A stretch of 64,000 bases of DNA from an uncultured Acidobacteriota bacterium. GTDB taxonomy: Bacteria > Acidobacteriota > UBA6911 > RPQK01 > JAPXNP01. The notes beneath the pieces were generated by a model that ran no database searches, had not been told where the DNA came from, and was given only the letters and a program-made list of their open reading frames with translations. Below are positions 9,214 through 19,361 of this stretch, piece after piece. The position numbers and the translations under genes are program-made. Each line of letters begins with the position of its first letter. Within the stretch, counting starts at the first letter, position 1. Where the stretch lies: the NCBI GenBank assembly GCA_963823995.1, contig CAWGNQ010000005.1:596220-660219 (forward strand), written 5' to 3'.

Positions 9214-10335
9214 TCACGAGCCGAGGATTTCTTCGTAGAGGGCCTCGTAACGTGGAATGATCGATTCCCGCTTGAAGTGCTCGACTGCGAGCGCCCGCGC
9301 CTGATTCCTGAAGCGCTGCAACATCTCTTCATCCGAGAGCAGCAGCGCGGCCTTCTCCACCATGGCCCCGATCTCCCCGACGGGAAGCAGGAATCCCGTC
9401 TCTCCGTCACGGACCAGCTCGGGGACGCCACCGACGCGCGTGCCGATGACGGGTACTCCGCTCGAGTGAGCTTCCAGCGCGGCCAGTCCGAAACTTTCCT
9501 GTTCGCTGGGGAGCAAGAAGAGATCGGCGCAACTCATCAGCTCTTCAAGATAATCCTGTTGTCCAAGAAAATGTACGTGAGCGCTCAGTTTCAGCTCTTT
9601 GACCAGCTGCTGGACGAAGAGTCGTTCCGGCCCTTCACCGACCAGGATCAATTTGGCCGGGATCCGCTCTCGCAGACGAGCCAGCAGCCGCACGGTATCG
9701 CCGGGTCGTTTGACCGGCCTGAAGTTGGACGCGTGCAGGAGGATCTTCTCTCCCTCGGGGGCAAAATGGCCTCGGAAACAGCGTTTCGCATCCGGCTTGT
9801 AGCGTTCCGTGTCCACGAAGTTGTAGATCACACGAATTTCGCGATGGATGTCGAACTCTTCGATCGTCCGGTTTCGTAAATACTCGGAAACGGCAGTGAC
9901 CCCATCCGATTCTTCGATGGCGAACTTGATGACCTGATAGAAGGAACTGTCCAGCCCGACCAGCGTGATGTCCGTTCCGTGCAGCGTCGTGATCGTCTTG
10001 AGCGGCTGCGAGACGAGGATCTTCTTGGCCAAATACGCGCTGGCGGCATGTGGAATCGCGTAATGAGAGTGAATCAGCTCGAGATGGTACTCGCGCGTGA
10101 CGTCAACCAGCTTGGTCGCCAGAGACAGAGCATAGGGCGGGTAGCGAAACAGGGGGTACGAAGCCGCCTCGACCTCGTGCACGTAAATGTTCTCGTAAAA
10201 CGACCCCAACCGAAAGGGCGTCGCATAGCTGACGATGTGGATTTCATGCCCCTTCTCGGCGAGCCCGATGGCCAGCTCCGATGCGACCACACCGCTCCCG
10301 CCGTGGGTGGGGTAACAGGCTATTCCGATCTTCAA
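9214..10335 (-). CDS. bshA: N-acetyl-alpha-D-glucosaminyl L-malate synthase
   Basis: KIGIACYPTHGGSGVVASELA, YPLFRYPPY, HSHYAIPHA, TTLHGTDITLVG, SNFRPVKR, ESFGLAALEA; TTG start after GGAGG. Confidence 0.93.
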   Translation of the reverse strand: MKIGIACYPTHGGSGVVASELAIGLAEKGHEIHIVSYATPFRLGSFYENIYVHEVEAASYPLFRYPPYALSLATKLVDVTREYHLELIHSHYAIPHAASAYLAKKILVSQPLKTITTLHGTDITLVGLDSSFYQVIKFAIEESDGVTAVSEYLRNRTIEEFDIHREIRVIYNFVDTERYKPDAKRCFRGHFAPEGEKILLHASNFRPVKRPGDTVRLLARLRERIPAKLILVGEGPERLFVQQLVKELKLSAHVHFLGQQDYLEELMSCADLFLLPSEQESFGLAALEAHSSGVPVIGTRVGGVPELVRDGETGFLLPVGEIGAMVEKAALLLSDEEMLQRFRNQARALAVEHFKRESIIPRYEALYEEILGS

Positions 10336-10438
10336 TCATGCCTCCAGTCTTCGCCCGAGTGACTCTTCGCCGCCGGTGCCCTCGAGGGCCTTTCCGGCGC
10401 CCGTTCAGGCTGCCTCTCTCCCATTCCTATGTTCGAAC

Positions 10439-11197
10439 TCAAAGGAAAGATTCAAGGTATTCGGGTCCGAAGAAGGCCACCGGATCATCGAGTCGCAATG
10501 GCTCCCGGACCAGGAAGGGCTCGCCGTACTCGACGCCGACGTAGGACCCGTACTGGCGGCCCCGCGCGATGATCGCCTTCAGGAAGCCGGGGCGACTGAC
10601 GTTCGTACGTAGGGCCTCCGATGGGCTTTCCGGCGATTCGAAGAACTGCGATTGATAGGCATGAATCGCCTGGAGTTTCTGCTCGTGCGTCTCCGATACA
10701 TCGACGATGAAGCTGGGACGAAACTCATAGCGGGACGGATAAAAGAGGATCCGATGCGGACGAAAAGCCTCCCGCTCCGTTTTGATCTTCCTGAGACCGG
10801 ACAGGAACCCGGCTTCACGGACCAGACGACCGCCATTGGCATGATCGGGGTGCCGATCCTCCCAGAAGGGAGCCAGCACAATCCGCGGACGCAGCCTGCG
10901 AATCAATTCGATGACGGCGAGCTTCTGGTCGGTCGTCAAACGGAGGTCGCCGTCGGGCAGGCCGACAATCCCATGGTAGTGAACCTGCATGATCCGAGCT
11001 GCAGCCTCGAATTCGCGCGCCCGCAGGGCGGCATCTCCACGGGTTCCCAACTCGCCGGCCGTCAGAGCAGCGACTCCCGTCCGGTAACCGTGTCGCGCCA
11101 GCTTGATCAGGGTACCCGCACAGGTCAATTCCACGTCGTCGGGGTGCGCTCCAAACGCCAGGGCATCGAGCGGTCCCTCTTCAACGTTCTGGTTCAT
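10439..11197 (-). CDS. bshB1: bacillithiol biosynthesis deacetylase
   Basis: AFGAHPDDVEL, GELGTRG, DRHPDH, AYQSQF, YGEPF; adjacent to bshA. Confidence 0.9.
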   Translation of the reverse strand: MNQNVEEGPLDALAFGAHPDDVELTCAGTLIKLARHGYRTGVAALTAGELGTRGDAALRAREFEAAARIMQVHYHGIVGLPDGDLRLTTDQKLAVIELIRRLRPRIVLAPFWEDRHPDHANGGRLVREAGFLSGLRKIKTEREAFRPHRILFYPSRYEFRPSFIVDVSETHEQKLQAIHAYQSQFFESPESPSEALRTNVSRPGFLKAIIARGRQYGSYVGVEYGEPFLVREPLRLDDPVAFFGPEYLESFL

Positions 11198-11243
11198 GAC
11201 ACATCCCCGACCTTTCCGGGCCGGTGTCCCCGCCCATGGCTCG

Positions 11244-12683
11244 TCAACGTGCTCCCCGACCGGTGAACACGGCAGGTATCGTCTTGAGCATGATCCGCAG
11301 GTCGAGCCAGAACGACCAGCTGTCGATGTACTGCAGGTCCATCTCCATCCATTGCTGGAAACTGATATCGCTGCGGCCCGACACCTGCCACAGACAAGTG
11401 ATCCCGGGCTTGACGCTCAACCGCCGGCGTTGCTTGAGAGAATAGTGCCCGACCTCTTCCGGAAGGGGAGCGCGGGGCCCCACGATGCTCATCTCTCCCT
11501 TGATCACGTTCCAGAGTTGAGGCAACTCATCGATACTGAACTTCCGCAAGAACTTCCCCAGAGGAGTGACCCGAGGGTCATTCCGCATCTTGAACACGGG
11601 TCCGTCCATCTCGTTCAGATGCCGGATCTCCCAGAGCCGGTCCTCGGCACCGTAAATCATCGTACGAAACTTGACCAGCTTGAATCGTCGTCCATGCAGC
11701 CCGCAGCGGACCTGACGATAAAAAACCGGACCTTCGGAAGTGAACTTGATCGCGGCGGCGAACAGGGCCAGGACCGGAGCCAGGAGAAGCAGTCCGGGCG
11801 CGGCCACGAGAAAATCTAAGGCCCGTTTGGCAACGATCTCGAGACTGTGCTCCGGCACGGTCGAAAACGTGATCAGGGGCAGGTTATCGAAGTATTCGAG
11901 GGACACCGCCGATGCCGAAACCGGGAGAAAATCCGCAGCGATCCGAGTTCGAATCCCAATTTCCTCACACAGCCGCATGATGTCTTCGTAGTCCTCGAGG
12001 TCCTTCTTCGAGGTGCCACAAAAGACGAGTTCGTCGGCCGGCGGCTCCTCCTGAAGCAGACTCGGCAAATCCTCGACCCGAGCAACGATCTCCGAGTCGT
12101 CCACGACCTCCGGGTGCCCGTTGGATCGAACGTACCCGACCACGTGGTAGCCCCATTTGCGGGCCGATTCCAGGATCTCGCCGACCCTCATCGCATTCTG
12201 GTCCGTACCGACGATCAGAATGCGAATCTGGTTGTGTTCATTGAGGTTGCGACTCCTCAGGACAAGGTAGAGGATCAACCTGTTGAGGAGGAGCAGACAC
12301 AGAACGACGACGAAAAAACTGAAGAAGATGGGGCGGCTCACCTCGAGCTTGAGCGAGAAGGTCGCCAGACCCATCAAACTGCCCGCGAGAACGATGAAAT
12401 ACAGGACCCGTTCGAACTGGCAGCTGAGCGACCGCCTCAGGACGGTCTCATATCGCTGGGTCAGGAACAGTGCGACAAGCCAGACCGGCAATGAGAGCAG
12501 CAGGAAAACGAGATAGTCCTGAATCGGGAGCAGTACCGGATTGAAATGCCCGCTGAACTCTCCCGGTGCCAGCCGTACCAGGATGGAGCGCCCGTAGTAG
12601 GCGAGGAAGACGGCAGGCAGGACACTGAAAGCGTCCGCGGTAAGAAGAATCCTGGAATAGAGGCGGTAATGTCGGTCGAACAT
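11244..12683 (-). CDS. polyprenyl glycosylphosphotransferase (WcaJ/WbaP-like sugar transferase)
   Basis: N-terminal TM helices, Rossmann-like ILIVG domain, KRALD, KFRTM, DPRVTPLGKFLRKFSIDELPQLWNV, MSIVGPR, KPGIT. Confidence 0.92.
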   Translation of the reverse strand: MFDRHYRLYSRILLTADAFSVLPAVFLAYYGRSILVRLAPGEFSGHFNPVLLPIQDYLVFLLLSLPVWLVALFLTQRYETVLRRSLSCQFERVLYFIVLAGSLMGLATFSLKLEVSRPIFFSFFVVVLCLLLLNRLILYLVLRSRNLNEHNQIRILIVGTDQNAMRVGEILESARKWGYHVVGYVRSNGHPEVVDDSEIVARVEDLPSLLQEEPPADELVFCGTSKKDLEDYEDIMRLCEEIGIRTRIAADFLPVSASAVSLEYFDNLPLITFSTVPEHSLEIVAKRALDFLVAAPGLLLLAPVLALFAAAIKFTSEGPVFYRQVRCGLHGRRFKLVKFRTMIYGAEDRLWEIRHLNEMDGPVFKMRNDPRVTPLGKFLRKFSIDELPQLWNVIKGEMSIVGPRAPLPEEVGHYSLKQRRRLSVKPGITCLWQVSGRSDISFQQWMEMDLQYIDSWSFWLDLRIMLKTIPAVFTGRGAR

Positions 12684-12742
12684 GAGCTAGCCTCGGTCGA
12701 CCTCGACCGGTGAATCCCCCCGTCGAGACAAGCCTTCCACGA

Positions 12743-14380
12743 TCATAAGTATAGAACCTTGTGAGCGAAACATTCCGAACCGACGGCCCGAATCAGCTCG
12801 CCGATGAAACCCGGACCTCCTTCATTCAGAAAGTAATTGAAGTTGATACTACGTTCCTGGAGTTTCTGCCGGGGCGTCAGATGATGAGTGAGGTGCGACA
12901 GGTGGCCGCGAACGACGGTGTCACGTTGGGCGCGGTTGGCCACGAACCGATCCTTCACCCTGTCGATCTGGTAACGGATCCTGGATTCGGCTTTCCTCGT
13001 CATGTCGATTTCCGGGTTCTCCAAGCTCTCGCTGAGAGGGCCGTCGTAGATGAGACGCAGGCCTCCCGTCATGGAGTCACGGAGTTCTTCCAGCTTCTCG
13101 AGCACCGGCTGCCGGCCGTTGCCCCGCAAGAGCAGTTCGGCTAATTCATACTCGCTCATCTGCAGGAATCGGGCAACCGGAAGCTGATATTTTTCCAACA
13201 GGCGGCGGCTCTTGCGGTCGACGATCGTGAAGGCCGACCGTGGATAAACCAAGGGTTCAGAACCGAATGCGGAAGCGATCGCATCGACCTGAGCGAAGTA
13301 GGCCACTTCCGCCGGTCCGCCGACCGCGGCGACGGTCGGAAACAGGTAGTCCTGAACGAGAGGGCGAAGCAAGACGTTCGGAGCGAGCTTCACATCTCCG
13401 GAGGACAGAGCCTGCAACAGGGCCTCGGGCGTATAGCGAATTCCTGGCCGCTCCTTGACCCGGTACTCGCCTCCGCTCGCCTCCAGTTTATAGCGGGCCT
13501 CGTCTTCGATCAGAAAGAGAAAGGTCTCCGACTCATCGACCATGACCTGCGGTTCGAACCCCTCCTGTCGCAGTCGGCTCCGGCATTCGAGGGAGGCACG
13601 CACCAAATCCGCCCGCCGCGAAATCGCGGTCTCGAAGAGGCGAAGAAGTCCCGACCGGTAGCCTTCGATCAATGGGTCGAAGAGAATCAGACCTTCATCG
13701 CGAAACACGCTGGAAATCCACCGTGCGAATGCTTCTCGGAACGTCCGGTGGGGAGCGTAGGCGTTGAGCAATCCTTCCCGGATTCGCTCCGATGGAAGGC
13801 CGCTTTCGAGCGCTCCGGTGACCGGACCGAGCCAGAAATCCCACTCTGCAATGGGGGTTGTCCCGGCCATCTGCTGATCCCGGCTCCTGACATCCGGATG
13901 ACGGACGGAGAACAACTGGCCCTCGCCATCGACGAACTGTGTGCTGCAGACCTCATCGAAATCGGAATCATCGGCCGCCAGCCAGAACACGGGGACTGCC
14001 GGGATTCCCCATCCACGAAGGCGCCGGGCCAGGTCGACCGCCGTGGCCGCCTTGTAGGCCGTGTAGCAGGGTCCACCGAGCAGTCCCACCTGCTGGCCGG
14101 TCACCACCGCCACGGTCGACGGATCGGAGAGGAGCTCGAGGTTGTCCACAGCCGCCCCCGAAACACCGAGATCGCGATTGTACTGCTCCAGGAGAACAAT
14201 CAGGCGTTGCCGGGGGAAGTGCTCGAGCTCGAGCACCGCATCAGCTCTGGCGCGCCACTGCTCCGAAGTCTCGGGAAGCGGACGGTAGAATCCGGAAACC
14301 CTTCCAAAGTCGTAGAGATAGTCCAGGAAGAGAGGGTTCTGACCCGGCAGGTCCCGATAGTCGATACACTCCACTTTCAT
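12743..14380 (-). CDS. bshC: bacillithiol biosynthesis cysteine-adding enzyme
   Basis: VVTGQQVGLLGGP, YKA, PVFWLAADDSDFDEV, PNVLLRPLVQDYLFPT, GGPAEVAYFAQ, LQERSIN. Confidence 0.92.
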   Translation of the reverse strand: MKVECIDYRDLPGQNPLFLDYLYDFGRVSGFYRPLPETSEQWRARADAVLELEHFPRQRLIVLLEQYNRDLGVSGAAVDNLELLSDPSTVAVVTGQQVGLLGGPCYTAYKAATAVDLARRLRGWGIPAVPVFWLAADDSDFDEVCSTQFVDGEGQLFSVRHPDVRSRDQQMAGTTPIAEWDFWLGPVTGALESGLPSERIREGLLNAYAPHRTFREAFARWISSVFRDEGLILFDPLIEGYRSGLLRLFETAISRRADLVRASLECRSRLRQEGFEPQVMVDESETFLFLIEDEARYKLEASGGEYRVKERPGIRYTPEALLQALSSGDVKLAPNVLLRPLVQDYLFPTVAAVGGPAEVAYFAQVDAIASAFGSEPLVYPRSAFTIVDRKSRRLLEKYQLPVARFLQMSEYELAELLLRGNGRQPVLEKLEELRDSMTGGLRLIYDGPLSESLENPEIDMTRKAESRIRYQIDRVKDRFVANRAQRDTVVRGHLSHLTHHLTPRQKLQERSINFNYFLNEGGPGFIGELIRAVGSECFAHKVLYL

Positions 14381-15261
14381 GGCTGATCGATCTGCTCCAG
14401 CCCTTCCCTGACCCGTTCCTGCTCTGCCTCGGTCAACGGTTCCAATGGACGACGGCAGTAGAGTCCCTCATAACCTCGCAAATCCATGGCGGCCTTGATC
14501 CCGGCCACGCCCAGGCCTCGAACCACCCATGAAGAAAATCTGGCGATCTTCCTCTGGAGGACCCTGAATGTGGCATCGGGCTCTGCGGATCCTTCTCCGT
14601 GCTCCGCCAAGAGGTCGGGAATCACGCAACTGGCTCCCAGGATCGCGGCCTCCACGCCGAGCTGCCCCGCAAAGGCAAAGGTCTCGGCCGACCCGCTCAT
14701 CACCTGAAAATCCTCATTCCCGGTCACACTCAGGATCTCCTGCAGGTAGATCAGATTGCCCGAACTCTCCTTCATGCCGGCGATCCTGGGATGTGCCGCC
14801 AACTCCTGTACGACAGACGGGGGCAGTTCGATTCCCGTCAGTTGGGGAATATTGTAGAGATAAATCGGGAAGGGAGTGCGGTCCGCAAGGGACTCAAAGT
14901 AATTCAAGAGGGCCGCCTGCGTCATCCGCGAGCGATAGTAGGAGGGAACTGTGACGAGCAGGCCGTCAATCGGGAAGTCTTGCAGTCGATCGCTGAACAC
15001 GAGCGCCTGTCGGAGACTCGGGGCCGGCACACCGACCAGGAAGTGGCGTTCTCGCGGAAGTAGTTGAGACGTCTGCTCCACGAGCTGGATCTTCTCGGAA
15101 TCCAACAGGTGGAGCCCCTCTCCCGTCGTGCCGGCAACCACGAAGCCGATCAGTCGGGTTTCAAGATAGCGATTCAGATTCCGACAGAAAGCATCCAACT
15201 GCAACGCGCCTGTACGGTCGAACGGTGTGGCCAGTGGGGCGATCACGCCGTGAAACATCAC
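14377..15261 (-). CDS. dihydrodipicolinate synthase family aldolase/lyase (DapA/NanA superfamily)
   Basis: TPF, GTTGEG, LYNIP, GMKESSG (Schiff-base Lys); stop overlaps the bshC start (ATGA). Confidence 0.85.
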   Translation of the reverse strand: MMFHGVIAPLATPFDRTGALQLDAFCRNLNRYLETRLIGFVVAGTTGEGLHLLDSEKIQLVEQTSQLLPRERHFLVGVPAPSLRQALVFSDRLQDFPIDGLLVTVPSYYRSRMTQAALLNYFESLADRTPFPIYLYNIPQLTGIELPPSVVQELAAHPRIAGMKESSGNLIYLQEILSVTGNEDFQVMSGSAETFAFAGQLGVEAAILGASCVIPDLLAEHGEGSAEPDATFRVLQRKIARFSSWVVRGLGVAGIKAAMDLRGYEGLYCRRPLEPLTEAEQERVREGLEQIDQP

Positions 15262-15491
15262 ACTCCTCCGATCTTGAATCTTGCGATCTGCCGGTATTTT
15301 GCCTTCAGGTTCCCGTTTTCGAGAGGCCGGCCGGGCATCTTCGACAACGTGGACTACGCGCGCTCATCAGGTCGACGACCCGGTTTCGAAGGCCCTACTC
15401 TATCGAATTCGAATCGCCTCTGCTACTGAACCAGACGGGCGAGCCACCGACGATCGAGGTCCGCAGCGGCGGCAACGGCGAGTGATTCGGC

Positions 15492-16586
15492 TCAGAGAAA
15501 CAGGGCCGTCTCGATCGTCAGCCCGGGACCGAACCCGAGAGCGAGACAGGGCCGCTCCGCTCCCTGCCGGATCAGCCGGTCAAGCAGGAAGATCATCGTC
15601 GATGACGACATATTGCCATGCTCGGCCAGCACCTCACGGGGGATTCGGAGTGCGTCGCGAGAAAGTCCCAGGGACTTCTCGGTCGCAGTCAGGATCCTCG
15701 GGCCACCGGGATGGACCGCCCAGGACCTGATCTGCCGCCGCGACAGACCCTGTTTTGTCAGCCATGAGTCCAGCCAGGGTGCCAGGTGGCGCTCGATCAA
15801 CTCGGGCACGCGTGCGGACAGAGTCATCTCGAAGCCGGCATCCCCAATTCGCCAGGTCATGGCATCGGCCGAGTTTGGGACCAGCACCGATCCGTTGGAA
15901 ACACAGGTCCAGGCTCCCTCACCCGCCTCATCCCCGTCGCCGAAATCGGCGACCATCGCTCCGGCTCCGTCGGCGAACAGCGAATTCGAGACGACCCGGT
16001 CGGCATCCCAACCATACTGAAAGTGGAGGGAACAGAGCTCGACCGACGCAATCAGCACCCGGGCATCATGGTTCGACGCGACGAAAGCGCCGGCGACGCC
16101 GAGCGCATTGAGGATGGCGTGGCAACCCATGAACCCGATCTGAACGCGCTTGACATCCAGAGGCAGACCGAGTCCGCTCACCACGTCAAAGTCGATGCCC
16201 GGAGCGTAGAATCCGGTGCAGGTGACCACGATCAGATGCGTGATATCCTCCGCCGACACACCCGACCGACCGAGCGCCTCAGCGCCGGCTCTACACGCCA
16301 GCTCACCGGCATGCTGTTGGAATTTCCCCATCCGTTCGCCGGTCGTCGGACCCCGATCGGAAGCATCCTGTCGGCACCGGAAGAAAGTATGTACGATGCG
16401 CCCGTCGCTCTCCTCGAGGAGAGCGCTGCCCCTCCGCTGGATGCGTGTGCGGCGATAGAGCACCGACAGCAGCCGGTTCTGCTCCGGCGAGTCACAACAG
16501 AGAGTCGAGGCGAATTGGGCGGAGTCGGACTGCGGAACGGCAAAACGCGGAGGCATCGCCGTTGCTGTCAGGAGTCTCAGGGGCAT
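15492..16586 (-). CDS. type III polyketide synthase (chalcone synthase-like)
   Basis: Catalytic triad in FMGCHA, WAVHPGG and GNMSS; also TCTG, ELCSLH, LFADGA, GFGPGLT. Confidence 0.95.
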   Translation of the reverse strand: MPLRLLTATAMPPRFAVPQSDSAQFASTLCCDSPEQNRLLSVLYRRTRIQRRGSALLEESDGRIVHTFFRCRQDASDRGPTTGERMGKFQQHAGELACRAGAEALGRSGVSAEDITHLIVVTCTGFYAPGIDFDVVSGLGLPLDVKRVQIGFMGCHAILNALGVAGAFVASNHDARVLIASVELCSLHFQYGWDADRVVSNSLFADGAGAMVADFGDGDEAGEGAWTCVSNGSVLVPNSADAMTWRIGDAGFEMTLSARVPELIERHLAPWLDSWLTKQGLSRRQIRSWAVHPGGPRILTATEKSLGLSRDALRIPREVLAEHGNMSSSTMIFLLDRLIRQGAERPCLALGFGPGLTIETALFL

Positions 16587-16592
16587 GGATCG

Positions 16593-17747
16593 TTACCTTT
16601 CCGTTACGGTCCTGTTGAGCCTCGTCACGAAAGGTCGTGCCGAACCGGGCAGAAACTGAATTGCCCCCAGAAGCGAGCGACTGAGGGTCGGCCTCTTCAG
16701 AACCGATGCAAGACATCGGATGATCGACTGCCGTCTGCCGATGCTTCGCTGATACAGAGTATCCCAATCGTGCGCCAGATCCGGATGCCAGTCCCGGGAG
16801 GCATGTGCCACGAGGGGAGCCGCAAGCACCGCCGAGGAGACGGCCCAGGCGATCCCTTCGCCGGTGAAGGGCTCGACATATCCGGCGGCGTCCCCGAGGA
16901 GGAAGAGTCGGGTACCCGCCCGAACCTTATGGCGACGGGTCAGTGCCGGGGTTCCATGAATCGACCCTTCGAGCTTCGTACGATAAAGGCCGCCGTTTCT
17001 GGCCAGGATCCCGGTAAGCAGCTCAGACGGGCCCGCCGTGCGGAGTGCATCCCGGTCGACGGCGGCCGCCACGTCGAGTCGCCCGTCTTCGAGCCGTACC
17101 ATCCCTACATAGCCTTCGGGATCCACAACCATCCTGATTTGACCCTCTTCGAGCTCGGAACCTTCACCATCCACGACCAGTCCCAGACCGATACGCGAGC
17201 CCGGGGCGATTTCGGGAGCAAACATCGGGTGCCGTTTCAGAAACCTCCCGTCCAGGCCGTCGGCACAGACGACGGCTCGGGCGGCAACTTTCCACGCCGC
17301 ATCTTCAGTACGAAGGCGTAACCCGACTTCCCATCCGTCGCCGGTTTCTCCGAGCAATGTTGCCACGCTGTTCTGCAGGAATCGAGCTCCGGCACGCCGG
17401 GCGTTCCGGATCAACCCCGCATCGAGACGACCCCTTGACAGGACCCTTCCGACCGGCAGCGCAATTCGAACGCGGCGGCCGTAGCCGCGCAGTTCGAGTG
17501 AGTTCAGGGGTACGGCACCCAGGTTTCGAAGCGTCCCTCCGATCCCGGTGCCATTCAATGCCCTGAGAGCCGCCCCATTGAGACAGCAACCGCAGACCTT
17601 GTTCCGCGGAAACTTCGCGCGATCGACGAGAAGGACACCCAGGCCCCGCTCCGCAAGGAGACGGGCTGCAGTCGAACCTGCAGGGCCTGCTCCCACAACG
17701 ACCACATCCCATTCAACGTTCGCCACGTCGACGGCCTCACCGCCCAT
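16593..17747 (-). CDS. FAD-dependent oxidoreductase (geranylgeranyl reductase/flavin hydroxylase-like)
   Basis: DVVVVGAGPAG, FPRNKVCG, ADG, GDAAGYVEPFTGEGI; start placed at ATG 17747. Confidence 0.88.
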   Translation of the reverse strand: MGGEAVDVANVEWDVVVVGAGPAGSTAARLLAERGLGVLLVDRAKFPRNKVCGCCLNGAALRALNGTGIGGTLRNLGAVPLNSLELRGYGRRVRIALPVGRVLSRGRLDAGLIRNARRAGARFLQNSVATLLGETGDGWEVGLRLRTEDAAWKVAARAVVCADGLDGRFLKRHPMFAPEIAPGSRIGLGLVVDGEGSELEEGQIRMVVDPEGYVGMVRLEDGRLDVAAAVDRDALRTAGPSELLTGILARNGGLYRTKLEGSIHGTPALTRRHKVRAGTRLFLLGDAAGYVEPFTGEGIAWAVSSAVLAAPLVAHASRDWHPDLAHDWDTLYQRSIGRRQSIIRCLASVLKRPTLSRSLLGAIQFLPGSARPFVTRLNRTVTER

Positions 17748-18486
17748 CCGCCACGCCCTTCCGCCAGGAGAGGAGGAACCGACAGGGAAAACACCTTCGA
17801 AGCGAGAAACCGGACAGTCCGGCCCGGTCGAGCAGCCGCCGCATCTCCTCGATCGTAAATGCGGCGCGAACCGAGCATGGTCCATCGTGATGTACCACCG
17901 GCGACCGGGAGACGACTCGACCGACGACCTCGGCCAACAGGTATCCTCCGACTGATCTGTGCAGATCGTCGATCACGAATCCGCGATTCGACGCGGCGAC
18001 CATCTTGGCGAGCAGGGCCAAGACCTCATCCTCGCTCAGGTGATGAAGGAACAGACTGCAGATGAAGGCATCGTATCCGTGAGGAAGAGGTTCGGCGACA
18101 ACATCGAGTGGAAAGAACCGACACGGCACACCCCAGCGTGCCGCTTCCCCGGCTGCAAAGCGAATAGCCCGCGTACTGATGTCACAACCGTCGATGGAAA
18201 CCTCGATGGGTGAACGGCGAGCGATTCGGGCGAGTCGAATCGCGATATCGCCGCCGCCGCAGGCCACATCCAGGACCCGCAGCGGCGACCTCGACGTTTC
18301 GGGCGTCAGTCGGACGAGCTGCCGCCAGAAGGTTCGCGCAGTCCGACTGAGCCAATTCAGACGTGCAAGCCCCCGTAGGGCCTCGTGGTGAGCCCTCTCA
18401 TCGAGTTCGGGGGCGTCCATCCGTTCCGGCGTTCTGTGACGATGCAACAGACTACCGCGGTCCCAGGCGCCTTCCGGTTCAGACAC
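17737..18486 (-). CDS. SAM-dependent methyltransferase (type III PKS-associated)
   Basis: C-terminal part of ORF 17737..19152: ERMD, LRGLARLN, VLDVACGGGD, SLFLHH, DDLHRS, DGPCSVRAAF; GTG start at 18486 overlaps the upstream stop. Confidence 0.85.
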   Translation of the reverse strand: MSEPEGAWDRGSLLHRHRTPERMDAPELDERAHHEALRGLARLNWLSRTARTFWRQLVRLTPETSRSPLRVLDVACGGGDIAIRLARIARRSPIEVSIDGCDISTRAIRFAAGEAARWGVPCRFFPLDVVAEPLPHGYDAFICSLFLHHLSEDEVLALLAKMVAASNRGFVIDDLHRSVGGYLLAEVVGRVVSRSPVVHHDGPCSVRAAFTIEEMRRLLDRAGLSGFSLRRCFPCRFLLSWRKGVADGR

Positions 18487-19348
18487 GAAGATCCCCGATC
18501 CTCGACGCGGGGCGGCGGCCAACGAAGACGGCGTAGCGCAGTGAACCAGTCCGAAAAGCCAGCGGGATCCGAAGAACGCTGAACAGAAATCTCCGATTGA
18601 GCTTGTCTCCGTCCAGCAGGTAGCGCCACGAACGAGAGGTTCTGAGTTCCCTGAGAACGGCGCCGAGCACAAGATCCCAGGTTCTTCGAACCTGCCTCGA
18701 GATCTCGTATGAGCGAATCCGTTCGAATCCGGCCTCACCCATCCAGGACAGGTATTCCTTTCGGGTTCCGAGACCGGGCAGACGACCTTCACGACAGATC
18801 GGGTCGAGCAATAGCGAGATCTCCCACGGTTTGGGCTGTGGGCCGGCCAACCAGGCACAGACGGCCATATCACTCCCCGGCCGGAGAGCGGCCAGGGCTC
18901 TTCGGAAGAACCCGGGCTTATCGGCAAAGTGTTCGCTGCTCTCGATCGCCAGCAGTGCATCGTTCGATTGTTCGTCAAGTGGCCCACGCATCCAATCTCC
19001 GAGTACGTACCGGCAGGTCCCGGCCGCCGGCGTTCGAGCACGGGCGTACTCATATTGTGACTCCGAAACAGTGTAGCCAGTGACGCGACAGTCGAATCGT
19101 TCCGCGAGGTAACGGGCCGTGGCGCCGTATCCGCAACCCACATCACAAACATGGTCGCCGCGGCGAATCGTCAGATGAGCAGTCACGAATTGCAGGAGGC
19201 GAATCACGGCCTCTTCCCGGCCTTCCCGCCCCGTCCGCCAGAAACCGTGGTGGAGGTGTTCTCCCCACAGTCTTCGGTAAAAGGGATCGATCTCGTCGTA
19301 ATGCCTGGCAACGTCGTCAACGTCCGCGGGAGAGCTGGGCGAGATCAT
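18479..19348 (-). CDS. SAM-dependent methyltransferase (tocopherol/sterol C-methyltransferase-like)
   Basis: VARHYD, LWGEHLHHGFW, DVGCGYG, IESSEHFADK, LRPG. Confidence 0.85.
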   Translation of the reverse strand: MISPSSPADVDDVARHYDEIDPFYRRLWGEHLHHGFWRTGREGREEAVIRLLQFVTAHLTIRRGDHVCDVGCGYGATARYLAERFDCRVTGYTVSESQYEYARARTPAAGTCRYVLGDWMRGPLDEQSNDALLAIESSEHFADKPGFFRRALAALRPGSDMAVCAWLAGPQPKPWEISLLLDPICREGRLPGLGTRKEYLSWMGEAGFERIRSYEISRQVRRTWDLVLGAVLRELRTSRSWRYLLDGDKLNRRFLFSVLRIPLAFRTGSLRYAVFVGRRPASRIGDLRV

Positions 19349-19361
19349 CGTGACTGCAGCG

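Noticed and set aside
15262-15491. Possible lysine riboswitch in the 230-bp leader of the DapA-like gene (minus strand has AGAGGCG...GAGTA)
   Set aside because: The downstream conserved elements (GAAAGG, GCCGAA, CTGTC, GGAG-CT) are not present; an Rfam/Infernal scan would settle it
18487-19152. N-terminal extension making a 471-aa methyltransferase
   Set aside because: Overlaps the upstream methyltransferase in another frame; recognisable motifs begin only near 18486
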